The position numbers and the translations under genes are program-made. Of a DNA stretch of 64,000 nucleotides, positions 25,730 through 34,258 are shown in pieces. Origin of the DNA: an uncultured Chloroflexia bacterium. Its GTDB lineage: Bacteria; Chloroflexota; Limnocylindria; Limnocylindrales; CSP1-4. Under the pieces are notes generated by a model. It ran no database searches. It saw nothing but the letters and a program-made list of their open reading frames with translations, and was not told where the DNA came from. Position 1 is the stretch's first letter. Every line of letters begins with the position of its first letter. The DNA lies in assembly GCA_963768655.1 (NCBI GenBank), contig CAVYIM010000006.1, forward strand, positions 64,001-128,000. Reading direction: 5' to 3'.

Positions 25730-26701
25730 GTGCAGCCGCTCCGGATCGCTCTCGTTCAGCTCGCGCCGTGCCTCGGCGTGCTCGAGGACAACCTGGCTCG
25801 CCATAGTGAGCTGCTCGCCCAGGCACGCGCCGAGGGTGCCGGTCTGGTCGTGTTCCCCGAACTCGGCCTGACCGGGTATCAACTCCAGGATCTCGCGGCC
25901 GAAGTTGCGATGCGCAAGGACGACCCACGACTGCTGCGCCTCGCAGCGGAGACGCGCGGCCTCTCGGCCGTCGTCTCGTTCGTGGAGGAGGCGGACGACC
26001 ACCGGCTCTTCATCTCGGCCGCGCTGCTCGAGGACGGCGAGGTTCGGTTCGTCCACCGCAAGCTGTTCCTGCCCACCTACGGCCTCTTCGACGAGCGCCG
26101 CTTCTTCGCCGCAGGCGACCGGCTCCGGACCGTGGACTCGCGCCTGGGCGTGAAGCTCGGCATCGCCATCTGCGAGGACTTCTGGCACCTGGGCGTGGCC
26201 GAGACGCTGGCCCTCGACGGCGCGCAGTTGCTGATCAACGTGTCGTCCTCCCCGGGCCGCGACCTCGCCGCGATCCACGAGGTCGGCCTGGGAACCGCCG
26301 TTTCGTGGCGGACGCTGATGCGAACCTACGCCCAGCTGACGACGAGCTTCGCCGTCTTCTGCAACCGCGTCGGCATGGACGAGACGATCAGCTTCTGGGG
26401 CGGTTCGGAAGTGATCGCCCCGAGCGGCGAAGCGCTCTTCACGGCGCCACTCTTCGACGAGGGGCTGTACATGGTGGACGTCGAACTGGGCGACGTGCGG
26501 CGCGAGCGGATCGGCCTGCCGCTGTTGCGCGACGAGCGGCCGGAGCTCCACCTGCGCGAGCTGCGGCGGATCCTGGCCCACCGAACCGGCCTCGAAGTCG
26601 ATGAGGCCAGCGAGCCAGGCGGCGACGGTCCAGAGACGGGACGGCCGGGGGCGAGGCCGCGGCGGGCGAAGGCAGCTGGCGGGCGAGATCGGCGGCCATG
26701 A
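25730..26701 (+). CDS. Carbon-nitrogen hydrolase, probable glutaminase partner of NadE
   Basis: Nitrilase triad motifs VFPEL, RKLFLPTYGLFDE and ICEDFW; overlaps nadE by ATGA. Confidence 0.85.
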   Translation: MQPLRIALVQLAPCLGVLEDNLARHSELLAQARAEGAGLVVFPELGLTGYQLQDLAAEVAMRKDDPRLLRLAAETRGLSAVVSFVEEADDHRLFISAALLEDGEVRFVHRKLFLPTYGLFDERRFFAAGDRLRTVDSRLGVKLGIAICEDFWHLGVAETLALDGAQLLINVSSSPGRDLAAIHEVGLGTAVSWRTLMRTYAQLTTSFAVFCNRVGMDETISFWGGSEVIAPSGEALFTAPLFDEGLYMVDVELGDVRRERIGLPLLRDERPELHLRELRRILAHRTGLEVDEASEPGGDGPETGRPGARPRRAKAAGGRDRRP

Positions 26702-27681
26702 GCGCGGCACCCGGGGACCGGCAGGGGGAGCCGAACGGCGGCGCAAAGCCGAACGAGGGCGCAATGCCGAACGGCGGCGCAATGCCGAACGGCGGCGCGG
26801 GCCGGCTGTTCGAGCTCCCGCCCGAGCTTGCCATTGACGCGGAGATCGCCCGGCGGGTGATCGTCGACTTCATCCGCAATCAGCTGCGCCAGGCGGGCTT
26901 CTCGCGGGGATTGCTCGGGCTCTCCGGGGGCATCGACTCGGCGCTGGTCGCATTCCTCACGGCCGAGGCAATCGGGCCGGAGAATCTGCTGTGCGTCCTG
27001 ATGCCCTACCGGACATCCTCGCCCGAATCGGTCGAGCACGCCCGGCTGGTGGTCGAGAAGCTGGGTTGCGAAAGCGATCTGGTCGACATCAGCCCGATGG
27101 TCGACGGCTACTTCGGGCGGGACGGGGAGGCCGGCGCGGGGGGCGCGGCGGCCGGCGAGGCTGGCGCCCTGCGACGCGGCAACCTCATGGCCCGGGAGCG
27201 GATGTGCGTCCTGTACGACCGCTCTGTGGTGTGGGGCGGGCTAGTCGTCGGGACCGGCAACAAGACCGAATCGCTGATCGGCTACACGACGCTCTTCGGT
27301 GACTCGGCCTGCGCCTTCAATCCGATCGGCGACCTGTACAAGAGTCAGGTCCGGCAGGTGGCGGCCGCGGTGGGTGTGCCGGAGGCGATCATCCGCAAGG
27401 CTCCGTCGGCCGACCTCTGGCCCGGCCAGACGGACGAGGCCGAGGCCGGCTTCAGCTACCCGGAGCTCGATCGGCTCCTGTTCTGGATGATCGACAAGCG
27501 CCGCACGGACGAAGAGCTGCTGGCCATGGGCTTCCCCGGTCCGACGGTCGAACGGGTCAAGCGCCTGGTCGCCACGTCTGAGTTCAAGCGCCAGGTACCG
27601 CCGGTCGCCAAGCTGGGGCCGCGCACGACCGGCGTGGATTACCTGTATCCACGGCGGCGGCCGGGCTCGGCGCGCAGGTGA
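26698..27681 (+). CDS. nadE: NAD+ synthetase
   Basis: GLSGGIDS, GTGNKTE, NPIGDLYK and PSADLWPGQTDE. Confidence 0.93.
   Translation: MSAAPGDRQGEPNGGAKPNEGAMPNGGAMPNGGAGRLFELPPELAIDAEIARRVIVDFIRNQLRQAGFSRGLLGLSGGIDSALVAFLTAEAIGPENLLCVLMPYRTSSPESVEHARLVVEKLGCESDLVDISPMVDGYFGRDGEAGAGGAAAGEAGALRRGNLMARERMCVLYDRSVVWGGLVVGTGNKTESLIGYTTLFGDSACAFNPIGDLYKSQVRQVAAAVGVPEAIIRKAPSADLWPGQTDEAEAGFSYPELDRLLFWMIDKRRTDEELLAMGFPGPTVERVKRLVATSEFKRQVPPVAKLGPRTTGVDYLYPRRRPGSARR
26730..26798 (+). repeat. 18-bp in-frame tandem repeat, about 4 copies, at the nadE 5' end
   Basis: Unit GCCGAACGGCGGCGCAAT encodes PNGGAM-like hexapeptides. Confidence 0.85.
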
Positions 27682-28595
27682 GCGAGAGCGGCGGCGGGAG
27701 CGGGCGGAGCGGCACGGGCGGCCCCTGGGCCGCGGGTTCGGCCGGCGGCAGGCTCTTCGTGGTCGCAACGCCGATCGGCAATCTCGGCGATGTCACGTTC
27801 CGCGCCGTTGAGGTGCTGCGGACCGTGCCGCTGATCGCCGCCGAGGACACTCGCCTGACACGGCGGCTGTGCGTCCGATACGAGATCGCCACGCATCTGG
27901 TGAGCTACCACGCGCGAAGCGGCCGGGATCGCGAGCTGGAGCTGCTCGAGCACCTGCGATCGGGGCGCGACCTGGCGCTCGTCACCGACGCGGGCACTCC
28001 GCTGGTGAGCGACCCCGGCGGGGAGCTGGCCTCGGCCTGGGCGGCGGAGGGCGGCGCCGTGGTGCCGATCCCGGGAGCCTCCGCCGTGCTTGCGGCGCTG
28101 GTCGCGAGCGGCTTGTCGGCGGCCCGCTGGACCTTCGAGGGGTTCCTGCCCCGTTCCGGCCGCGAGCGACGAGATCGCCTTACCCGCATCGCCTCGGACG
28201 AACGCGCCTGCGTGATCTACGAAGCCCCTTCCCGTGTTCCCGCGACGCTCACCGACCTCGCAGAGGCCGCCGGCGCCGAGCGGCGCGCCGCGGTGTGCCG
28301 CGAGCTGACGAAGATCCACGAAGAAGTCGTGCGTGGGCCGCTGGGCGAGCTGGCGGCGCGAGCGGCCGCCAGCACTATCGTGCTGCGTGGCGAGTTCGCG
28401 ATCGTAGTTGAGGCAGCGACCGCGGCCGCCGTCCGCTCGGGCGCCGTTTCCGCCGTTTCCGCCGCGGTCACCGTAGCGGATGCCCGCGCAGAGGTTGCCC
28501 GCCTGATCGCCGCGGGTCACAAGCGCTCGGAAGCCGTCCGTCAGGTCGCCGCGCGGACGGGCCTCGATCGCCGCGAGCTGTACCGAGAGACTTGA
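27678..28595 (+). CDS. rsmI: 16S rRNA C1402 2'-O-methyltransferase
   Basis: LFVVATPIGNLGD, AEDTR, DAGTPLVSDPG and RELTKIHEE. Confidence 0.93.
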   Translation: MSESGGGSGRSGTGGPWAAGSAGGRLFVVATPIGNLGDVTFRAVEVLRTVPLIAAEDTRLTRRLCVRYEIATHLVSYHARSGRDRELELLEHLRSGRDLALVTDAGTPLVSDPGGELASAWAAEGGAVVPIPGASAVLAALVASGLSAARWTFEGFLPRSGRERRDRLTRIASDERACVIYEAPSRVPATLTDLAEAAGAERRAAVCRELTKIHEEVVRGPLGELAARAAASTIVLRGEFAIVVEAATAAAVRSGAVSAVSAAVTVADARAEVARLIAAGHKRSEAVRQVAARTGLDRRELYRET

Positions 28596-28780
28596 GGCTG
28601 GCCGTCACGCCTCAATCTGGTGTCGCTCCGCGAGACGGGGATCGGCCGGAGGTCGACCCTGGTCTCTTTGCCCTTGGGCCGACCGGCCTTCTCGCCACCG
28701 ATGGCGTCGACCGTTTCTGGATCGGGGTACCGACGGCCGGGTGACCGGTCGAGTGGTTGTCCCCGGCCAATGAGGGTTGG

Positions 28781-28821
28781 CCGGGGCGCGGCGGTGTGGG
28801 GGGCAGCCCGCCGCGCCCCGG
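28781..28821 (-). terminator. 14-bp GC stem-loop just downstream of the ssb stop codon
   Basis: CCGGGGCGCGGCGG-(13 nt)-CCGCCGCGCCCCGG. Confidence 0.6.
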
Positions 28822-28832
28822 GGGACGTGAAG

Positions 28833-29058
28833 CTACGCGAGGACGAGCACCTGGTCGTCTTCGGTGGCGGGAGCCTCGTCGGTCGGTGAGTCGGGCGCCG
28901 TCATGACGCCGACCTCGGCCGCTTCGTTCGGTGAGATGCCGGACGGTTCGGCCGCCGCCTGGGTGGCCAGCGATTCGGCTTCGTAGTCGCGCTTGCGCCG
29001 GCCGGAGAGCATCTCCACCGACGTGGCCACGACCTCGGTCTTCCAGTGGCGCGTGCCG
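28833..29058 (-). pseudogene. ssb: 3' half of an interrupted single-stranded DNA-binding protein gene
   Basis: GTRHWKTEVVATSVEMLS is the last OB-fold strand of SSB and joins in frame to the 5' pieces at 42254-42507 and 47430-48154. Confidence 0.9.
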
Positions 29059-29077
29059 TGATGGTAAGATACTCCCA
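29031..29077 (+). other. attL-type site (ssb arm - GT - element arm), site family A
   Basis: ssb similarity ends at CAGTGGCGCGTGCCG (29044-29058). The right arm GCCGTGATGGTAAGATACTCCCA is an imperfect inverted copy of the left arms of the six downstream sites. Confidence 0.85.
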
Positions 29078-29088
29078 CACGCAAGGAG
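29062..29088 (+). promoter_or_regulatory. Extended -10 element (TGgTAAGAT) and RBS (AAGGAG) of the recombinase gene; the -10 lies in the att arm
   Basis: TGG TAAGAT at 29062-29070, AAGGAG at 29083-29088, ATG at 29096. Confidence 0.5.
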
Positions 29089-29095
29089 CTTGCCG

Positions 29096-30326
29096 ATGCC
29101 CGCCTACGCCTACCTACGCAAGAGCGTCGTTCGCCAGGACGACCCCAAGAACAGCGCCGAAGCTCAAGAGGCCGCGGTGCGTGCCATGGCCGGCCGCTAC
29201 GGGGACGGTGACGGCCTGCGCATCCTCTCCGACTGGGACAAGTCCGGACGCCTCGGGCGGGCCGGCCGGCCGGGCTACGACGCGCTCTGGCGGGCGATCG
29301 AGGACGGCAGCTGCACGGCTCTCTACAGCTACAGCATGTCCCGCCTGGCCCGCTCGGTGGCGGAGCTGCTGCGCTTGTTCGAGGCCTGCACCGAGCGCCA
29401 TATCCCGATTCGGCTTGAGTCCGACGTGATAGACACCGCGACCGCGAGTGGGCGCATGGTGGCGGGCATCCTGGCCAACGTGGCGGCCTTCGAGGCCGAT
29501 GTTGCCGGCGAGCGGCTGCGGGCCGCCCTGTCTGCCAAGGCCGCGCGAGGCGAGCGCATCGGCACGGTGCTCTTCTACGGCGACCGGGCCGGCGAGGATC
29601 CCGCGGCGGTCCTGGCCGCGTTCCGGGAGGCCGGCAGCTACAGCGGCGCGGCCAAGCTGCTCAACGAGCGGGGCGTGAAGACGCGCAGCACCAACGGCCG
29701 GCGGACCGATGCGCGGCGGGTGTGGTGGCCGTCTTCGGTGCAGGTGATCATCCGCCGCCTCGACCCGTCCGTCCTGCCCCTGCGGCCCTCCAAGGGCGCG
29801 GCCGCCGGCGGTTCGGACTTCGTACTTGCCCGGCTGCTGCGCTGCCCTACGTGCGGCACGATGCTGACCGGGACGCGCGACCGCGACGGGCACCGGGTCC
29901 GCGACAGCTGCCGGCTCGGCACTGTCACGCCGCACCCGCGGATCAGCATTACCGAGTCCCACATCTTGCCGTCCATCCAGGCCGAGGCTGGCCGACCTGC
30001 GGACGCCCCGGCAGGTGGAGCATCAGTCGGGTGACGCGGCCAAGCGGGCCCAGCTCGAAGCCCGGCGGGCCAGGGTGCTCGACATGTACGAGGCTGGGCT
30101 CATCGACCGGGTCGACCGAGAACGCCGCCTACAAGCTGTCATGGACGGCGTGAGCCAGCTGGACGCGCAGCGCCTGGTGCTGGCCGTGCCCACGGTGGAC
30201 TGGTCGTGGACACCCAAGGCCCTAAACCCTGTGCTGCGGGCCCTGTTCGAGCGCATCGATCTCGACGCCGAGACCTTCGCTCCCGTCGGCTACAGATGGA
30301 CTGTCCCGGAGTGGCGCGCGGCGTAG
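29096..30326 (+). CDS. Large serine recombinase (resolvase, recombinase, zinc ribbon and coiled-coil domains), +1 frameshift near 29996
   Basis: YLRKS (catalytic Ser), SG...RPG, SRLARS, LLRCPTCG. The coiled coil (LEARRARVLDMYEAGLID) and LRALFERIDL continue in the 30015-30326 frame. Confidence 0.9.
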
Positions 30327-30366
30327 GGGCCAAGAAAAGCCAGCATCGACTTTCGGAGTACCCACG

Positions 30367-31472
30367 TCACTGCGGCCCTGGCTCGTGAGGGAGCGCCCCT
30401 CGTCTTCGGGCCCTGTAGTAGTCGGGGTTCCTGGCCCGCCACCGCGTCGCCGAGTCGAGCTGCGGGAGCGGGGTCTTCCGATCCGGACTGGGTGCTCTAC
30501 AAGCTGGGCAGTACGTCTTGCGGGTTGACCCGTAACTGCCTGACGGCGGTCTGCGCCGCGGTGTGTAGGGCAGTCCGCACCCGGAACACATAGCGAACCC
30601 AGGCTGTCCTGCAACAGCCAGCAGGAGTTCGAGGACCAGGCCACCGAATAGCGATCTGGTCCCCAGGTTGATCACGGGATCGCCTGACCCCGCGTCGCCC
30701 CAATCGATCACCGGACGGACCACTCCCATGGCGAGCCAAGTCCCTAGGATCGCCGCCAGTGCCTGACGCTGGCCTTCGAGCGTCGCGGGCCTGACCCAAA
30801 TCAGTGCCCCGGCATCTTCGACCAGCAACGGGGCGGGCTCGGGCCCGTCCTTGGGTTGGCCGGCCGGCATTGGCAGGATGACTATGCCAGTTAGCGGGTC
30901 CCATGCCGCCGGGCGGACGGTCTTGTCCTGACGCAGATGGCCGGCGAGCTTGTACACCGCGGCGACTTCTTCGATGATCCGGCGCCACAGACGCAGGGGC
31001 TCCCGCGTGACGGTCGGGGCGGGGCGATAACCGACCCATGGGGCGACCAGCTCACCGACCCACGGACTCGGATTAACCTCCGCCGTCCGGGCGGTCGCGC
31101 CGCGGTCGCCAGGCCGAGCAGACCGTATTGCCGCGCATAGGGGAGGATCGCGGCATCGCTCGGATCGGACGATAGTCGCAGGAAGTCGTCGAGGACGGCA
31201 CGGTGGGGAGCCATTGTCCGGCCGAACCGTGGCTCGCTAACCAGATAGTCGTCGTCAAGGACGACAGGTTCGCCCGCGACCTCCTGGTCGTTGACGATGA
31301 CCTGGACCTTCAGGCCAGGCGGCCCGCGGAAGACGGGTCCACCTGGGAAGGCGATCGTCCCGGAGGCCTCGGCCCTGACCAGCACAACTTTGGACGGGAC
31401 CAGCCACCCGGAACTGACCACGCGATCGCCGATCGGGTCGCCATTCACGTCGTGGCTGAGGCCGTCTGTCAT
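30367..31472 (-). CDS. Hypothetical protein with a C-terminal CxxC...CxxC zinc finger (CGNR-like), apparently frameshifted near 31080-31110
   Basis: YARQYGLLGL N-terminal part and CSGCG...YCPAC C-terminal part lie in different frames. Confidence 0.55.
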
Positions 31473-31481
31473 TAGATCCGC

Positions 31482-31487
31482 ATTATA
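31482..31487 (-). promoter_or_regulatory. -10 box TATAAT 9 nt upstream of the ATG at 31472 (near-leaderless mRNA)
   Basis: ATTATA on the + strand; no RBS in the gap. Confidence 0.5.
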
Positions 31488-31520
31488 TGTGAGCCGTTAC
31501 AGCGCCCGTAGTCTGAAGCC

Positions 31521-31736
31521 ATGACCAAGTCAGTTGACAGGGTGACAGTCGACGCAACGACCGGGTTCGGACTCAAGGTCCGGCGCCAATCCCTCGGCGT
31601 TCAGGCTCGGACCGTCGCGCAGCTCATGGGTGTGTCCCGGGCGCGAGTCGCTGCGATCGAGGCCTCGCGGTTTCCAACCCGGGCAGCTCGCGAACGCTAT
31701 CTCGAAGCCCTCGGTCGGGCGGCGGCTAGCCGATGA
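31521..31736 (+). CDS. XRE-family helix-turn-helix protein
   Basis: LKVRRQSLGVQARTVAQLMGVSRARVAAIE. Confidence 0.75.
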   Translation: MTKSVDRVTVDATTGFGLKVRRQSLGVQARTVAQLMGVSRARVAAIEASRFPTRAARERYLEALGRAAASR

Positions 31737-31957
31737 GCACCCCGATCGCGACGGACGTGTCGACGGCCAGGGCGGGCGACAAAGGCACACCGCTTGTTCA
31801 GACGCCCGGGCCGGTGCCTCTCGCCGCCCTCACGCCGACCCAGCGACAACTGGTGCTTGCCCTGATAAGGGCGTCGCGGGTTGGGGCAGATGGCGATCTC
31901 GTCCTGCTGGAGTCCGAGCAGCGTCCCGATGACATCGCACCGGAGGTTCACTCGTGA
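31733..31957 (+). CDS. Small hypothetical protein
   Basis: ATGA-coupled to the XRE gene; 74 aa. Confidence 0.5.
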   Translation: MSTPIATDVSTARAGDKGTPLVQTPGPVPLAALTPTQRQLVLALIRASRVGADGDLVLLESEQRPDDIAPEVHS

Positions 31958-31983
31958 CAGGTCGCTCCCGTTGCCGGCGAGCT

Positions 31984-32079
31984 TCGGGCAACCGCAGAAC
32001 CCACAACAAGCGTGGGAGGCCCCCGACGGCGGCAACGGCCAAGACGGCTCGGGCAACGTCCGAGGCGGGTTCGGGCAAT
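31984..32079 (+). repeat. Phased (TCG)GGCAA repeats, iteron- or operator-like
   Basis: GGCAA at 31987, 32031, 32052 and 32074 (spacings 44, 21, 22). Confidence 0.45.
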
Positions 32080-34123
32080 GTCTGAGCGGGCTGCGGCAAC
32101 GGCTGAGACCGCTTCAGCGGTTGATCGCGACGCGTCGCTCTCGGCCCTCTTGGCCGCTGGCGAGACGCGGAGCGAGGCGATCGCGGAAGCGCTGGGAGTC
32201 CCTGTCAGGACCGTTCGCTTCTGGCTCGGCGGGCTGCGTGATCAAGGTCTAGTCGAGATGCCGAGCCGGGGTACCTGGCGGATGACCGGAGCCGGAGCGA
32301 GGGCCGCCCTGGCCGCTGCGATCCCTGAACCGGTTGCCTCGCTTGACGCCATCGTCGGGCTGCCGCCCGAGCATCGCGCGATGCTCCGTCTCGTTGAAGA
32401 CGCGGTGGTCGCGCGGCGTGCCCTGGCCGAGTTCTATCCGGGGAACTGGCCCGGCTTCGTGCTCATGGGGCCCACCAAGACCGGCAAGACGTTGGTCGCG
32501 AGCCTCGCGGCGCGCCGGGTCGGCGAAGATCCAGGCGACGTCGTCAGGTTGCTGATGCTGGAGACACCCGGCAGCCTCCTGGGCCGCCGTATCCAGACCG
32601 GTGCCGAGACTTGGACGACGACGCCGAGTCCGCTTCTGCCGCTCTCGCTGGTCGTTCTCGACGAATATGACAAGTCATCGCCCGAGCTGCGTCAGGCCGC
32701 CTTCGGCTATCTGGCCGGCGCGTCGCGCTACCGATCCGAGGACGCCGTCCTGACGGTGAACGCGACGACGATCATCACTTTGAACGCCGAAGACGACCCG
32801 AGCCGGCTGCTCCCTGACTCATACCTGCGCCGTGCCGTCGTACTCGATACGACGCCTCTCGTTGGAGTCATGTTCGACATCGACGAGGTCGCGCGGGTGC
32901 TCTCCCGCGCCTCGCTGCCGACCATCGACCCCAACCTCGTCCCGCCTGCCTCGGAACTGTCGGAAGAAGCCCGGCGAGGCCTTCGTCTCCTCCTCCAGCG
33001 CTGCCTTACCGCCCGTGGCTGGGGCCTTGTGGATGTGGAGGCGATCAGTCGTCTTGCGCTTGGACGCTGGGCGGTTATGCCGGACGACCCCGAGGCCGCT
33101 GTTCTCGGGGTGGCGGCCGACTACCTCCTTGTCAGCTCAACAAGACCCGGACTCGTTCAGGCGGACTGGCCGGCGAGGCTGGAGGCCGTGCTCGGACGGG
33201 CAGCCTCCCCGATCGCGGAGACGCTCGCTGTGGCTCGGGCACGGCAGGCCTCGGTCGGGGAGCGTGCGGAGGAGGCGGATCGGGCGCAGCTCGACGCATC
33301 GCTCGCCCTGGCCGGCACCCGGGAGCGCATCATCGATGCTCTCGATCATGGCTTGCGCTCGGTCGCTCGTGGCCACGAGCTGACCGACGCGGATCGCGCG
33401 ACGATCGCCACTGCCCGCGGCAAGGCTCGGCTGTTGCGGGACGCGATCGGCGCTGCCAGAAGTCTCGGCGCCCTCGAAGATCTGGACCGCCGTCTCGACC
33501 AGGAGGTCTTGGTCCCGCTGATGACGGTCGCGAACATCGTCGACGCCCGACGTGGGGCCGCCGCCGAACAGCGGCGCGCCGAGCTGGATCGGCACCGCCG
33601 AGAGGTCGATCGCCGAGCGGCGGAGCGGGTCCAGGCACGTGCGGCGGAACAGGCCGCCAAGCGGCGCCACGCCGAACTGCAGGCCCTCTACAGGCGCACC
33701 ACCACTCGTCCCGGCGAGGATGTGCTCGCCGATCTGGTCGCCGCCGGTTGCATCGTCCAACGTCGCGAGCAGTATCAGGAGGAGACGATCGTCTCCATGG
33801 TCAACCGCTCATGGGTCGGCCGGAAGCTGCGAACACTCGGCGGCAATGGCGCGGTGGCGAGTCTGCCTCCGCCGCAGCCGTGGAACCCGCGGCAGCCCTG
33901 GACCCACTTGCAGCCGGCACCTGCCAGTTCGGAGCCGGAGCCGCGCTACGTGACCCGGACCCGAACCTGGCATGAGGACCGCGACGGCCGTCGCCGTGAT
34001 CCGAGCGACCTCGTCGCCTGGGGCAGCGAGCCGGTCTGTGCGGTGCTCCAAGCGGCGGCCGCCGCCGAAGAGCTGCCTCCGCTCACCCGGCTCGCGTCTG
34101 GCCGATGCGGCAGCAAGGTGTGA
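32078..34123 (+). CDS. wHTH plus AAA+ ATPase plus coiled-coil protein
   Basis: IAEALGVPVRTVRFWLGGLRDQGLV (wHTH), Walker A GPTKTGKT, Walker B LVVLDE. Confidence 0.75.
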   Translation: MSERAAATAETASAVDRDASLSALLAAGETRSEAIAEALGVPVRTVRFWLGGLRDQGLVEMPSRGTWRMTGAGARAALAAAIPEPVASLDAIVGLPPEHRAMLRLVEDAVVARRALAEFYPGNWPGFVLMGPTKTGKTLVASLAARRVGEDPGDVVRLLMLETPGSLLGRRIQTGAETWTTTPSPLLPLSLVVLDEYDKSSPELRQAAFGYLAGASRYRSEDAVLTVNATTIITLNAEDDPSRLLPDSYLRRAVVLDTTPLVGVMFDIDEVARVLSRASLPTIDPNLVPPASELSEEARRGLRLLLQRCLTARGWGLVDVEAISRLALGRWAVMPDDPEAAVLGVAADYLLVSSTRPGLVQADWPARLEAVLGRAASPIAETLAVARARQASVGERAEEADRAQLDASLALAGTRERIIDALDHGLRSVARGHELTDADRATIATARGKARLLRDAIGAARSLGALEDLDRRLDQEVLVPLMTVANIVDARRGAAAEQRRAELDRHRREVDRRAAERVQARAAEQAAKRRHAELQALYRRTTTRPGEDVLADLVAAGCIVQRREQYQEETIVSMVNRSWVGRKLRTLGGNGAVASLPPPQPWNPRQPWTHLQPAPASSEPEPRYVTRTRTWHEDRDGRRRDPSDLVAWGSEPVCAVLQAAAAAEELPPLTRLASGRCGSKV

Positions 34124-34258
34124 TGCGGGTTGATGGAGAAGGCTTCCGCCTATGGAGCTATGACCATCACAGGATGACACGACACCCCGTCAGAGACTCA
34201 CAATCGCCGAGGGCGAGAGGGTGGCTGGAGTTTGCATACTCAGCACGGATAGAGGCAT

